64,000 nt of DNA from a virus (IMGVR_UViG_3300037743_000091); one strand, 5' to 3'. Positions 1-9,056 are shown, numbered from the stretch's first letter. The notes: generated by a model from the sequence alone, not told the origin. A program made the numbers and translations.

Positions 1-13
1 CACGACGGGGGTA

Positions 14-1126
14 TTACTTCGGCTGGACGAACGGCGTCGAGCCCTCGGGGACCACATACACAGTCCCCTTCTTGTACGCCTCGATCTGACGAAGGCGGAT
101 CAGCTCTTCTGTCAGGGAGTCGGAAATGATCTCGTTCGCCTCGGCCTCGGCCTCCGCGTTCTTGATCAACTGCTCGTTCTGTACCTGCTTCGCGGCAGCG
201 TCAGCACGGGCAGCCTCCTCCTGCTGCTGCTTCTCCTCGACCTGGGACAGGGACGCCTCCACCTTCTCGGTGAAGTCCACGTCCTTGACCGTCGCCACGG
301 TAACGGCCACGCCGACGTCTTCCAGCACGTCGTTCACTTCTTCGGCGATCCGACCCCCGGCCTCGACGCTACCCGCGCCCCGGAACTCCGTAGTGGTGTA
401 CTCGGAGGGGAGGGAACGAGCGGCCTTCTGAATGGCGGGGTAAATCACCTGACGTGTGAACCGTTCCTGACTGCGGTACTTGCTGTACAGGGTCTTGAGG
501 TCCACCGTCTGGGTGCAGAACTCCGGATCTTCAACAACGCAGAGGTTGTACGTCACGTCGAGGTCGTACCAGACCTGCGCACCCGACTCCGCGCCGGACT
601 TCACCGACGTAGCGATCCGGGCGCCCGTGATCTCTCCCTTCTCGAATGTGGCTTCTGCGTCGTCCGGCTCGGACAGAGAGACATCCCGGGTGAACAGGTC
701 CCACTTGTGAACCCGATCCCAAGGCGCTTTAGTACCGAAGCCCTGCGTCATGTCGTCCTTGATGACCTCGCCACCGATACGGGTAATGATGACACCCTGC
801 CCGGCGCTCTGGGAGTAGATCATGGAGAACCCGGTGAAGAGCAGGGCACCCAGGGTGAAGACCCCCGTAATGACCTGAGCGACGCGCCGCGCGTTTCTCG
901 CGTCCGCCCACTCCTCGTACTTCTTCGAGGGGTTTCCGTAACGGTCCTGGGGGTTCTCCGGCTCCTCTCCCGGCTTGATGGCCCGGGAGATCGCCAGGCC
1001 GATCAAGGCGAGGACCGCCAAGACGATCGCCGTAATGAACATAGGTGTCCCTTCGTTGCTGGTACCTGGTAAGCCACCAGGCCACGGGTCACGAGCAAAG
1101 CTGTTCGTGAACCATGGTCCGGCCAC
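14..1126 (-). CDS. SPFH/band-7 (stomatin/prohibitin/HflC-like) membrane protein. GTG start at 1126 is coupled to the upstream stop; an alternative ATG start at 1042 lies just before the TM helix.
   Basis: N-terminal TM helix (FITAIVLAVLALIGLAI), SPFH-like core and C-terminal Ala/Glu/Gln-rich coiled coil. 370 aa ORF ending near window start. Confidence 0.6.
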   Translation of the reverse strand: MAGPWFTNSFARDPWPGGLPGTSNEGTPMFITAIVLAVLALIGLAISRAIKPGEEPENPQDRYGNPSKKYEEWADARNARRVAQVITGVFTLGALLFTGFSMIYSQSAGQGVIITRIGGEVIKDDMTQGFGTKAPWDRVHKWDLFTRDVSLSEPDDAEATFEKGEITGARIATSVKSGAESGAQVWYDLDVTYNLCVVEDPEFCTQTVDLKTLYSKYRSQERFTRQVIYPAIQKAARSLPSEYTTTEFRGAGSVEAGGRIAEEVNDVLEDVGVAVTVATVKDVDFTEKVEASLSQVEEKQQQEEAARADAAAKQVQNEQLIKNAEAEAEANEIISDSLTEELIRLRQIEAYKKGTVYVVPEGSTPFVQPK

Positions 1127-1473
1127 TAACTCACAGGGTCAGGGTGGCCGACGACAGAGGGGAATTCCGACAGGAACGGAATCCGCCATCCAACTGTCCG
1201 GATCTGGTACGAGTTCCCCGTCTCCAGATCCGAGTAGATATCCGCTGAGTCGAACTGGCCGCGCCACAGGATGTCTCGTACGGCCAGGGTTCCGCACTCC
1301 TGGGTGTAGATGCGCATGTCGCTACCGCTGTTGCCATTCCGTGTACGGTCCTTCTCCGTCACGGTGCAGGTACGCACATCTTCGCTTGCGTAGGCGGAAG
1401 CGACGCTCAGCGCGACGATCCCGACGACAAAGCAGACCGCGATCCCCATAACCCACTTCGGCAAATACTCCAC
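1126..1473 (-). CDS. Small secreted/lipoprotein-like protein
   Basis: GTG start 6 nt after GGAGGG. Signal-peptide-like N-terminus MGIAVCFVVGIVALSVASAYA. Stop overlaps the SPFH start (TAGTG). Confidence 0.5.
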   Translation of the reverse strand: MEYLPKWVMGIAVCFVVGIVALSVASAYASEDVRTCTVTEKDRTRNGNSGSDMRIYTQECGTLAVRDILWRGQFDSADIYSDLETGNSYQIRTVGWRIPFLSEFPSVVGHPDPVS

Positions 1474-1627
1474 GTAATTCCCTCCGGTATTCGTTACTTC
1501 TTGGGGTTGGGCTTCGGCTTGGAAGCTGGATCACCTTTTCTTTTCCCGCATCCGATGTTCCGGCACAGAAGGTAGGACTTGCCTTTTCCAGCCGGAACTC
1601 GGACATAGTTGTGTTTGAGGCACACCA

Positions 1628-1777
1628 TCAGGCGGTAACCTCAATCGGAACCGTGCGAGAGATGATCTCTTCCTGAGTCAGGAGTGCCTGAGCCGAGGTG
1701 ACCAGACCCATGTCTTGCATCTGGTCCACATCGGCGCACGCCTGGTTCGCCTCGGCACGCGAGATGATCATGTTCAT
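1628..1777 (-). CDS. Hypothetical small protein (49 aa)
   Basis: ATG overlaps the stop of the upstream gene (ATGA). Same operon as the two downstream genes. Confidence 0.35.
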   Translation of the reverse strand: MNMIISRAEANQACADVDQMQDMGLVTSAQALLTQEEIISRTVPIEVTA

Positions 1778-1962
1778 GAGCGCATCTTCTCCACTTTCGT
1801 ATCCACCTTGAGACGCATGTACTGCCCGTTGGCGAGGTGGAACGTGATGTTGTCCCCGATCTGTACCACGTGGGTGACCTGCTGCCGACCCCATACCGAC
1901 AGCACGGAATCGCCCTGGTTGACTCGGACAGCCTTCACGCGCTCGTACCCGTGCTCGCCCAT
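1774..1962 (-). CDS. Hypothetical protein (62 aa), first gene after a conserved promoter element
   Basis: ATG at 1962 with GGAGGAAG RBS. Conserved promoter element immediately upstream on the minus strand. Confidence 0.5.
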   Translation of the reverse strand: MGEHGYERVKAVRVNQGDSVLSVWGRQQVTHVVQIGDNITFHLANGQYMRLKVDTKVEKMRS

Positions 1963-1980
1963 GTGCTTCCTCCTTCGTTG

Positions 1981-2024
1981 TGCTGACGTTCGTAACATTA
2001 CCACAGCCCGTGGGAACCGGGCAA
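1981..2024 (-). promoter_or_regulatory. Conserved promoter/operator element (minus orientation): -35 TTGCCC, 18 bp spacer, -10 TAATGT, then TACGAACGTCAGCA
   Basis: Reverse complement of the plus-strand motif family. About 15 nt upstream of RBS+ATG of gene 1774..1962. Confidence 0.55.
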
Positions 2025-2047
2025 CCCGCCCAAGTTGCCGGGCTGAC

Positions 2048-2254
2048 TCAGCACCTGGACGGGGGTGTCTCGTTCTTGCCGACACCCTTCAAGACCTGCT
2101 TCTTCCGGTAGAGCGTCACGTCTTCATACTGACCGCACGCCCGACAAATCTTAATCGGCGCACCGCGCCGCTTTGTGAGATGGGAGTTGATCGGGGTCCC
2201 GTACTGTTTGGTATCACACCCGGGACACGGGTCGAGTTCGTGAATACCAGGCAT
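2048..2254 (-). CDS. Small zinc-ribbon protein (68 aa)
   Basis: ATG 2254 with AAGGAG RBS. CPGC ... CRAC four-Cys motif. Confidence 0.5.
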   Translation of the reverse strand: MPGIHELDPCPGCDTKQYGTPINSHLTKRRGAPIKICRACGQYEDVTLYRKKQVLKGVGKNETPPSRC

Positions 2255-2256
2255 GG

Positions 2257-2577
2257 CTACTCCTTGATCTGACGGACGTACTTGACCGGCCCCCGGTACC
2301 CGTTGGCGTGCAGGGCCGTGACGATTCCTCGGGTCCAGCCCTTCCCGCGCGGAGTCGGGGGACACTCCACAACGTCCCCCTCCTTCACCGGGAACCGACA
2401 ACCGTAGGTGAACTCGTTGGTTGTGCTGTGGCCAAAGTCGGCCAGGTGGGGCAGATCGAGCAGAACGGTAATCCGGTCATCATCCGGCCGCGTGCGTTCG
2501 TCCGCCTCTATGACGTCGAGGGCGCTCACGATCTGCGCGAAGCGCTCCTCGACGTTTTCTTCCATCTGCGTCGGCAT
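2257..2577 (-). CDS. Hypothetical protein (106 aa)
   Basis: ATG lies 1 nt after the sulfotransferase stop (tight coupling). Continuous coding potential. Confidence 0.5.
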   Translation of the reverse strand: MPTQMEENVEERFAQIVSALDVIEADERTRPDDDRITVLLDLPHLADFGHSTTNEFTYGCRFPVKEGDVVECPPTPRGKGWTRGIVTALHANGYRGPVKYVRQIKE

Positions 2578-2578
2578 C

Positions 2579-3193
2579 TTAGGTATATCCAAACCTTTCG
2601 GCTCGTGCTCGAATCAGTGCCCCGTCAGGGTGGTTATCGATGTCCTCCCGGGTTGGCCCGTTGGACCGGAGTGCGGGACTGTTGTGGTTGACCCGAGTAC
2701 CCAAGGCATCCATGACCTTGCGTACTTGTTGAAGTGGTGACGTTGAGTCAGTCAGGAATCCCACGGCGCGCTGAACCGTGAGTGCATCCGCTTCTACATG
2801 GAGGATGTAATCTCCCCGTATTTCCATTGGCTCGTCCCACAGAGCAGCCCAACGGATTGCGCGTCCGAGCCGGTCCGAGGGGATTGTGATGTCCGGGCGA
2901 TGGCGATGCACGAACGCCCCGTGTGGATGATCAAGCTGACCAAGGAACGGGCGTTCTGCTGCTGAACGGGCTACCTCGTAAGGATCGCGCACCATGCGCA
3001 ATACCCGAGTTTCCTTGGGAAGGCTCTCCAGAAAGGGAACGGCGTGCCACGCCGATTCCGGAACCCGCAGGGGCCCCGATGAGACTGGACTGAACTGGTT
3101 CTCGTGGCGGGTGCGGAAGCCCAGGTCCGTCAGGAGCCGGTGAGCCCACGTCGTTCCTGAGCGACCGCACCCAGAGATGAGGAACGGGGTCAC
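2579..3193 (-). CDS. Sulfotransferase-family protein (PAPS-dependent)
   Basis: N-terminal 5-prime-PSB-like P-loop ISGCGRSGTTW. GTG start overlaps the upstream stop (GTGA). 204 aa. Confidence 0.6.
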   Translation of the reverse strand: MTPFLISGCGRSGTTWAHRLLTDLGFRTRHENQFSPVSSGPLRVPESAWHAVPFLESLPKETRVLRMVRDPYEVARSAAERPFLGQLDHPHGAFVHRHRPDITIPSDRLGRAIRWAALWDEPMEIRGDYILHVEADALTVQRAVGFLTDSTSPLQQVRKVMDALGTRVNHNSPALRSNGPTREDIDNHPDGALIRARAERFGYT

Positions 3194-3369
3194 TGCCGCC
3201 GGTCCAGTTCCGCCTGAACCCGGGCGCGCTGCCTGAGCACTTCCGCGCGCTGGGTATCAGTGAGCTTGGTCCCGAGCACCCGGTTCAACTGCTTTCGCCA
3301 CCCGTCGAGAGTGGCGACCGTTGCTGTACTGAGGGTCGCGGTCTTGACCTTGTTGGTAGCGTCGTTCAT
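3190..3369 (-). CDS. Hypothetical small protein (59 aa), not in the ORF track
   Basis: ATGA overlap with the stop of 3366..3917 and GTGA overlap with the sulfotransferase start. Read manually. Confidence 0.4.
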   Translation of the reverse strand: MNDATNKVKTATLSTATVATLDGWRKQLNRVLGTKLTDTQRAEVLRQRARVQAELDRRQ

Positions 3370-3917
3370 CGTTCCTGGGTTCCCTTCATCTTGATCTTCT
3401 GGGCTTCGCCGATGGCCTGGTACACAGCGTCCAGGAGTTCCCGGAGTTCGTAGGTCTCCAGGACGTTTCGATCGGCAGTCTCCGTGCTCCTCATCGCCCG
3501 AATGGCCTCTTCTGGGGTGATCCCAAAGTCCTGGGGGTCCGGGACGAATTCCCGCACGTCTTCCTCACGGACCGCGAGAAGGCTTTCCGGCTGCTGTACG
3601 AAGGGAGCGAAGTAGAAGGTTCCGGTCAGCCCTTCGATCCACGTTCCCTTCACTTGACGCCCCTTAAGGAGGACACTTCCCCGCTCTCCAGGCTCACGTG
3701 CAGGGAGTTCCCGCGTACCCCCGACGAACTTCCAGCCTCCCGAGGTACAAGCAGTCGGGATGCCCCCGCCGGACATCGCGGGGAGTTCGAGGTGCGGTCC
3801 ACCGGAACGACAATCCCGGTGCTTTCCGGTCACCTGAACACCACTCTTGGTGAGAGTGATCGAGTCCCCATCCCGGACCTTCTTCGGGTCTGTAATGGTT
3901 ACCGTTCGTGCAGTCAT
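3366..3917 (-). CDS. Hypothetical protein (183 aa)
   Basis: ATG 3917 with GGAGGA RBS. ATGA overlap with the glycosyltransferase stop. Confidence 0.5.
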   Translation of the reverse strand: MTARTVTITDPKKVRDGDSITLTKSGVQVTGKHRDCRSGGPHLELPAMSGGGIPTACTSGGWKFVGGTRELPAREPGERGSVLLKGRQVKGTWIEGLTGTFYFAPFVQQPESLLAVREEDVREFVPDPQDFGITPEEAIRAMRSTETADRNVLETYELRELLDAVYQAIGEAQKIKMKGTQER

Positions 3918-4996
3918 GAGAGGTTCCTCCTTCGATTCACTGCGCGTTCCCACGCGTTGGCCCATTCTTCGGCTCGTGCCGAAATCGCCAAGGGACGGAC
4001 CTGGTTGATGAGTTCTGTGCGATAGTCGTTTCGGGCCTCACGCAAAGTACGCGTGACATCCACCTGCGCCTTCAAGTTCAGGTACCACTCCCGAGGATCG
4101 CTAGCCATACGCAATCCAGAAGTCTTACTCAACTCCCGGTTGGCGGGTGTCGGGGAGGCTACGACAAGAGCCCCCACGGCTCGGTACTCCAGGGCCTTTA
4201 GTGCGCTCTTGGCCTTGTTGAAGTGGTTGTCCACCAGGGGAACCATCGCTACGTCGGTGCCCTGGAGGGCTTCGTGGTACTCCTGGAGCGGTACCGGCCC
4301 GGACTCCGGTAGGAGTCGATCCTGTGGAATTCCCAGGGCCTCGGCAGCCCATTCATGATGTCCCACGATCTTGACGAACACGTCGGGATCTTCCGAGAGG
4401 ACGCGTTGAAGAGAGTCCCCTACCGCGCTCAGATCTCCGGCGTGACTCGCCTGAACACCGGACCAGCCCACGATCACGGCCCGTTCGTCCTCGGGACCAG
4501 TGTCAGGACTACCCGAAGCGAAAGCAGCGTCCGGGAGCCCGTTGACCAGCTTCTCGACGCGCCCGTGCTTCCCGTACCGCTGAGCCAGGGCATCGGTAGT
4601 AACGGTGACTAGATCAGCCTTCTTACACGCCTCGTCCAGGTGGGACCAGTGATGCGTCTGAGTCTTGTTCCAGTACACCCATGACCCGTTATCCCGTGGA
4701 ATAGCGTGCAGGGCGTCGTCCACGTCCACGACAACCGCAACGCCGTTCTTCTGGAATGCCCTTACCAACTCGACTTGAGTTGGAGAACCGACGCGCTGCA
4801 TCACAACGAGGTCCAATCCCTTCGGGTTGACTCCCCTGATCACAATGCCTCGGCTGCTCCTACCGATCTTGATAGATCCTGGCTTGTACTTCTCCACGGT
4901 CCACTCAGGACGAGCCTCTGCTACCACGACAGACGGCCAGATCAGACGAAAGTGACCGCAGGCCCCGACATCGTCGGGAAGAATCGCGACTCTCAC
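3914..4996 (-). CDS. Putative glycosyltransferase (GT-B-like)
   Basis: N-terminal MRVAILPDDVGACGHF Rossmann-like start typical of GT1/GT4. 360 aa. GTG start overlaps the upstream stop. Confidence 0.45.
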   Translation of the reverse strand: MRVAILPDDVGACGHFRLIWPSVVVAEARPEWTVEKYKPGSIKIGRSSRGIVIRGVNPKGLDLVVMQRVGSPTQVELVRAFQKNGVAVVVDVDDALHAIPRDNGSWVYWNKTQTHHWSHLDEACKKADLVTVTTDALAQRYGKHGRVEKLVNGLPDAAFASGSPDTGPEDERAVIVGWSGVQASHAGDLSAVGDSLQRVLSEDPDVFVKIVGHHEWAAEALGIPQDRLLPESGPVPLQEYHEALQGTDVAMVPLVDNHFNKAKSALKALEYRAVGALVVASPTPANRELSKTSGLRMASDPREWYLNLKAQVDVTRTLREARNDYRTELINQVRPLAISARAEEWANAWERAVNRRRNLS

Positions 4997-5226
4997 GAAC
5001 TCGCCACTCCCACCCAGATTCCGGCCAGGAGGAGAACGAGGCTAACGAAGAACAAAAAGAAACCCAGACTTCCTAGAGTTTCCGTGTTCTTGTTCATCCG
5101 GTTTCTTTCCTGGGCTGTCATTACCTCCCTGGCCCGAGGGTGAGGCCATCTCGCGGCTATTCCTGAAAAAGCACCGAAGATCAGAAATACCCCCGCCGTA
5201 GCCAACAGCCCTTCGTAAACTTCCAA
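4993..5226 (-). CDS. Small membrane protein (2 TM)
   Basis: TTG start 4 nt after AAGGGGG. Two hydrophobic helices. Coupled (GTGA) to the glycosyltransferase. Confidence 0.4.
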   Translation of the reverse strand: MEVYEGLLATAGVFLIFGAFSGIAARWPHPRAREVMTAQERNRMNKNTETLGSLGFFLFFVSLVLLLAGIWVGVASS

Positions 5227-5436
5227 ATCAAAACCCCCTTGAAGTCACGCTCATAAAGATGAGCACGAGTATGTAAGCGATGATCGCGACCACCTCCCAA
5301 CCCACCGGACCGTATCGGGACGGGCGGGAGGGGCGCCGTGTCACAGGAGACTCCAGTTAGTTCCTCGGGTGCCCCGATTCATGAAGCACCCGTAGCACTC
5401 GGCCAGTGTCACGCCTTCGACAGACCGGGCGCGCAG

Positions 5437-5490
5437 CCGCGCCGGTTCGCCGCACCCGCACAGTACTACTGAGTGGAGTGCGCCGAACCA
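5437..5490 (-). terminator. GC-rich hairpin (GGTTCGGCGCAC ... GTGCGGCGAACC) downstream of gene 5514..5882
   Basis: Imperfect inverted repeat in a 288 bp gene-free gap. Confidence 0.3.
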
Positions 5491-5513
5491 CAATGCGGCT
5501 ACATCGGCCTCGT

Positions 5514-5882
5514 TCACGTCGGGGCTCCGACCATCTGGAAGGTCTCCAGGTATCTGTCCGCCATCTGACGAACCCGGGCCGCACGCCCGTAGCTCGGATC
5601 GGTGCGCATCATGAATGCCAGGGATTCGGCAGCCTGGCGCAGGTCGAGAAAGGCGCGCGCCTCACGAATGCGGTCGAAGAACTGTTCCGCGTGACGCTGG
5701 ACTCTCTCGGGTACGAGACCCCAGCCGGGCTGCCACACGGACCGGAAGAACCGGTGCGTCAGGATGTCGCGCTTACCGCGCTCCGGGTTGGTGATGTACA
5801 GAGGGATCGCAGCAGCCCCGATATGGGGCAACTCCGGCCCCAGGATCAGCGGGTTAGCGTCTGCCAAGTCGATAGGACTCAC
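5514..5882 (-). CDS. Hypothetical protein (122 aa)
   Basis: GTG start with GAAGGAG RBS. GTGA overlap with the upstream stop. Confidence 0.5.
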   Translation of the reverse strand: MSPIDLADANPLILGPELPHIGAAAIPLYITNPERGKRDILTHRFFRSVWQPGWGLVPERVQRHAEQFFDRIREARAFLDLRQAAESLAFMMRTDPSYGRAARVRQMADRYLETFQMVGAPT

Positions 5883-6085
5883 GGGGGTACTCCTTCGTTT
5901 GCGTAGTCTTCAATCTTCTGAATCTGATGGGTGAGAAACGTTCCGTTCTTGATAGCCGAAAGCATCGGCTTAAACAAGGAGAGCTGTCTGTTTGTCTCGG
6001 CCCTCTTCACGGCGTTTCGTTCTATGTGCGCCTCCCAGGCTGCTCGGTACATGGGTCCATCGTTCGGACCGGGGGGAGTGCTCAC
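5879..6085 (-). CDS. Hypothetical protein (68 aa)
   Basis: Coupled to the downstream gene. Codon usage consistent with its neighbours. Confidence 0.45.
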   Translation of the reverse strand: MSTPPGPNDGPMYRAAWEAHIERNAVKRAETNRQLSLFKPMLSAIKNGTFLTHQIQKIEDYANEGVPP

Positions 6086-6095
6086 TGTATGTTTC

Positions 6096-6434
6096 TCAGT
6101 CTTCCTCTGGTTCTGCGATCTTTGAATAAATGATGAGGTAAGTGAGAATTGCTGAGGTCAGCGTCTCACCTGACTTCTCCGCGTTCTTCTTCGCGGATTC
6201 CCAGATATCGTCAGGGACGTAAAAGCGGTACATGGTGCTCGTATCCGAGCCCGGCGGCGCCTTCATGATCCCGATGCCTGGTTGAGATACGCGCTTTCCT
6301 CGCCGCCCGTAGGCAAGGAGGAAAGTACGTAGGCTGTTAGGCAGCGTCTCTCCTCGCTTTGTCGCCTGACGCTTGGACGCTTCGAGGATTTCTTTCGGAA
6401 CTCGGATGCTCCGTCCTTCTCCGGTGTGGGCCAT
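6096..6434 (-). CDS. Tandem ribbon-helix-helix (Arc/MetJ/CopG-like) DNA-binding protein
   Basis: Two internal repeats (IRVPKEILEASKRQATKRGETLPNSLRTFLL and YRFYVPDDIWESAKKNAEKSGETLTSAILTYL). ATG 6434 with GGGAGGAG RBS. Confidence 0.5.
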   Translation of the reverse strand: MAHTGEGRSIRVPKEILEASKRQATKRGETLPNSLRTFLLAYGRRGKRVSQPGIGIMKAPPGSDTSTMYRFYVPDDIWESAKKNAEKSGETLTSAILTYLIIYSKIAEPEED

Positions 6435-6473
6435 ACGGCTCCTCCCATGTGATGTTACAAACATACTATCACA

Positions 6474-8516
6474 TCAAGAGACGACGGTGGCAACGTCAGC
6501 GAGGCCCCACCGAGACCCCACGGATGCCTCGACTGCCAGCGGCACGTCCAGACGACACCCGAGACGTTCCAAGAGCTTGTGTGGATTGATCATTCGCTGC
6601 ATGGCCCGACCGATACAGCGCTGCCAATCGTCAATCGGAACCTCCACGACCAGCGAGTCATGCACCGTTCCGACGATCCGTACCCGTGGCACCGGGTTCC
6701 CGAACTGACCTCCGATGTCGGCGGCAGTGAGTTGCATGATGTCGGACGCGAACGACTGAACAGGGGAGTTGATCGCCTGACGTTCAGCCTGAGCGACCAG
6801 GTATTCGTCACCGCCCAGGGCATCCTCCAGGCGCCGCACTCGACCAACTGGGGAAGTCACGAACCCATCGCGACGAACTCGACGGCTCACGGCCATGTGC
6901 CACTGCTCCATACCCTCCCAACGCTCGAAGAAGGCGTTTCGCATCGCTACGGCCTGCTCCAGGGTGAGGAGCACGCCGTACGAGGACTCCGCGTAGTTCA
7001 CGAAACCGAAAGCCTCTTGGCCGTAGAGGAAGCCGAAGTTCGCGGCCTTCGCTTGCTGACGCTCTAGCGCCGTGACTTCTTCCGGAGATTTCCCGGTGAC
7101 TTCGGCTGCCATCAACCGGTGAAGGTCGTCCCCGTGTTGATACGCCTCGATCATCGGGGTACAGCGTGCGATAAACGCAGCAGCTCGAAGCTCAATCTGG
7201 GAATAGTCGATCTCCGCGATGTAGTACCCCGGCGTCGGAATGAACGCGGGTTTGAGAGCCTTCGTCACCTGTTGGAGATTCGGCTCAGAACTGGACAATC
7301 TTCCTGTACTAACCCGACCCACGTTGTACTTAGCGTGGATACGAGATTCCGGGCTGACCAGATCCATCCACGAGCGGAGGAATTCCTGCTGCTTTGATGC
7401 CTGTCGGAGGACGAGGAGCTTTGAGGCAATCTCCCGACCCTCCCGCTCCTGGCGCTTGAGAACCGTCTTGTTCCACTGGGGAATACCCTTCCTTGTCAGC
7501 GCGTCTACCCGGAGGTCTCCCTTCTCCACCGCCTGGGCCGTCCACGCGCGGAACCACTTCGAGGTAGGGGCGAAGGAGGGGTCACCAATTGAATTTTCAA
7601 CTTCATACCGCGCTACGAGGTCCGAGAATTCCTGCTCTTCTTCCTGGCTCAGGGATTCCAGCCGGTCGTGTACCCATTCTTGGTCTAGCCGGAGCCCCTG
7701 GACTTGAACGTTCGTCAGGTTCCGGAGCATGGGCATGACGCACTCGACGGTGAGGTTTCCGAGCCGGATTCCTTGGCTCGCGTCCGGGTCTTCGTCCGGG
7801 TCGAGTCCATCGGCTAGCCATAGGTCTCGTTGCTGTGCGAGGTACAGAATCCACGTCCAGTACGTGTCTCGTGCGGCGTAGAGTCCAAGCTGGATCAGCG
7901 GAGCACGCTCAGCCGCTCCCGGAGACGAGAGGTCGAAGTCGTCCCAGCGCTTCACGTTGAACCGGCGGGGTACGCACTCCTTGAGCTTCGTGCTGCTGTT
8001 CTCGTCCAGCAGGTGCTCCGCGACCATCGTGTCCCACGCCAGGAACGGGCTCAGGTCGATTCCCGTATGCGCCGCGATCCATCGCACGTCGAACGGCCCG
8101 TTATGCGCGATCAGCGGTGCCTCGGTCTCCTGCATCGCAATAGCGAATCGGCGCAGGATTTCGCGCCACTCCCCGAACCAGGGGCCTTTCTTGTGGCTCA
8201 GGGGAATGAGCCACGTGTGTGCGTTCATTTCTCCGCGCCGAGGCACCGTGAGCGATAGTAGGGCGACCCGAGCACCCGGGGCGAACTCGTTAAGCCCTGT
8301 GGTTTCGAGGTCGAAAGACACGTGACTAGCTGATCGGACCGATTCCAACGCGAGGTCGATCGTGTCATCGTCAGCCCAGCTAACGAGGGTGGCGTCAAAG
8401 CCGGGAAGTCCCGCCGCCTTGACTTCCCGCGCGTTATTCAGCAATTCCAGGGGTCGGATCATCCACTTCTCCACGTAGTAGAGGAGGAGGCCCCGAAGGA
8501 CCTCCTCCGCGTTCAC
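6474..8516 (-). CDS. DNA polymerase I (family A) with 3-prime-5-prime exonuclease domain
   Basis: Motif B (RQQAKAANFGFLYGQ) and motif C (VHDSLVVEV). Exo motifs in the N-terminal half. 680 aa. Confidence 0.9.
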   Translation of the reverse strand: MNAEEVLRGLLLYYVEKWMIRPLELLNNAREVKAAGLPGFDATLVSWADDDTIDLALESVRSASHVSFDLETTGLNEFAPGARVALLSLTVPRRGEMNAHTWLIPLSHKKGPWFGEWREILRRFAIAMQETEAPLIAHNGPFDVRWIAAHTGIDLSPFLAWDTMVAEHLLDENSSTKLKECVPRRFNVKRWDDFDLSSPGAAERAPLIQLGLYAARDTYWTWILYLAQQRDLWLADGLDPDEDPDASQGIRLGNLTVECVMPMLRNLTNVQVQGLRLDQEWVHDRLESLSQEEEQEFSDLVARYEVENSIGDPSFAPTSKWFRAWTAQAVEKGDLRVDALTRKGIPQWNKTVLKRQEREGREIASKLLVLRQASKQQEFLRSWMDLVSPESRIHAKYNVGRVSTGRLSSSEPNLQQVTKALKPAFIPTPGYYIAEIDYSQIELRAAAFIARCTPMIEAYQHGDDLHRLMAAEVTGKSPEEVTALERQQAKAANFGFLYGQEAFGFVNYAESSYGVLLTLEQAVAMRNAFFERWEGMEQWHMAVSRRVRRDGFVTSPVGRVRRLEDALGGDEYLVAQAERQAINSPVQSFASDIMQLTAADIGGQFGNPVPRVRIVGTVHDSLVVEVPIDDWQRCIGRAMQRMINPHKLLERLGCRLDVPLAVEASVGSRWGLADVATVVS

Positions 8517-8995
8517 CAGTTCTGATGCCAGTTAATACCCACTCGGCAATCGAGGCAGATACCGTGGCGAGCCCTATTTGTCATGCGCTCACGGAAGAAC
8601 ATGTTCGGGCATGAGCGGCACCGCCCGACCCACTTGTACATCTGCATCCCCTCCTCCTTGGTCACGACGACGGACGCCTCCCCACTCCCGCCCAACTCGC
8701 GGTGCTTGCGCTTCCACACGGAGTCATGCCCGTGCCTGCTCCCACCGACCAGGGCGTGAGCGACCTCATGCGTCATCGTGTCGAAGATCTGTTCCGGGGA
8801 CATGGTGAGCATTGCGCGCTGGCTGTAGGTGATCCGGTAGACGCGCCCGAACCACTCATGGGTACTTCCCAGACGGCGCACACCGGTGTGCCACCCGACG
8901 CTGACGTACTCCTCGCACCCCTGCTCGCGCAGCAACTCCCCCGTACGCTTGAACAGGTTGTCCACGGTAACGGGGGTCATGGTGGCGATCGTCAT
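8513..8995 (-). CDS. SprT-like zinc metallopeptidase
   Basis: HEXXH motif MTHEVAHAL plus C-terminal Cys-rich zinc ribbon. ATG with GGAGGACAC RBS directly after a promoter element. Confidence 0.6.
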   Translation of the reverse strand: MTIATMTPVTVDNLFKRTGELLREQGCEEYVSVGWHTGVRRLGSTHEWFGRVYRITYSQRAMLTMSPEQIFDTMTHEVAHALVGGSRHGHDSVWKRKHRELGGSGEASVVVTKEEGMQMYKWVGRCRSCPNMFFRERMTNRARHGICLDCRVGINWHQNW

Positions 8996-9014
8996 GTGTC
9001 CTCCAGGTTCGTTG

Positions 9015-9056
9015 TGCTGACGTACGTAACATTACCATACCCGAAGAGAGCCGCAA
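9015..9056 (-). promoter_or_regulatory. Conserved promoter/operator element (minus orientation): -35 TTGCGG, 16 bp spacer, -10 TAATGT, then TACGTACGTCAGCACAAC
   Basis: Same element family. 8 nt upstream of the RBS of the SprT-like gene. Confidence 0.55.

Noticed and set aside
126-1085. Several plus- and minus-strand ORFs (126..431, 707..1072, 729..1085, 975..1451) nested inside or antisense to the SPFH and secreted-protein genes
   Set aside because: Antisense or out-of-frame to genes with clear domain content. Ser/Ala/Arg-rich low-complexity translations typical of alternative frames in 63% GC DNA. No RBS.
5357-5584. Arg-rich 75 aa ORF in the 288 bp gap between 5226 and 5514
   Set aside because: No RBS. 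Extreme Arg/Pro composition is a GC-frame artefact. The region more likely holds the operon promoter and a terminator hairpin.
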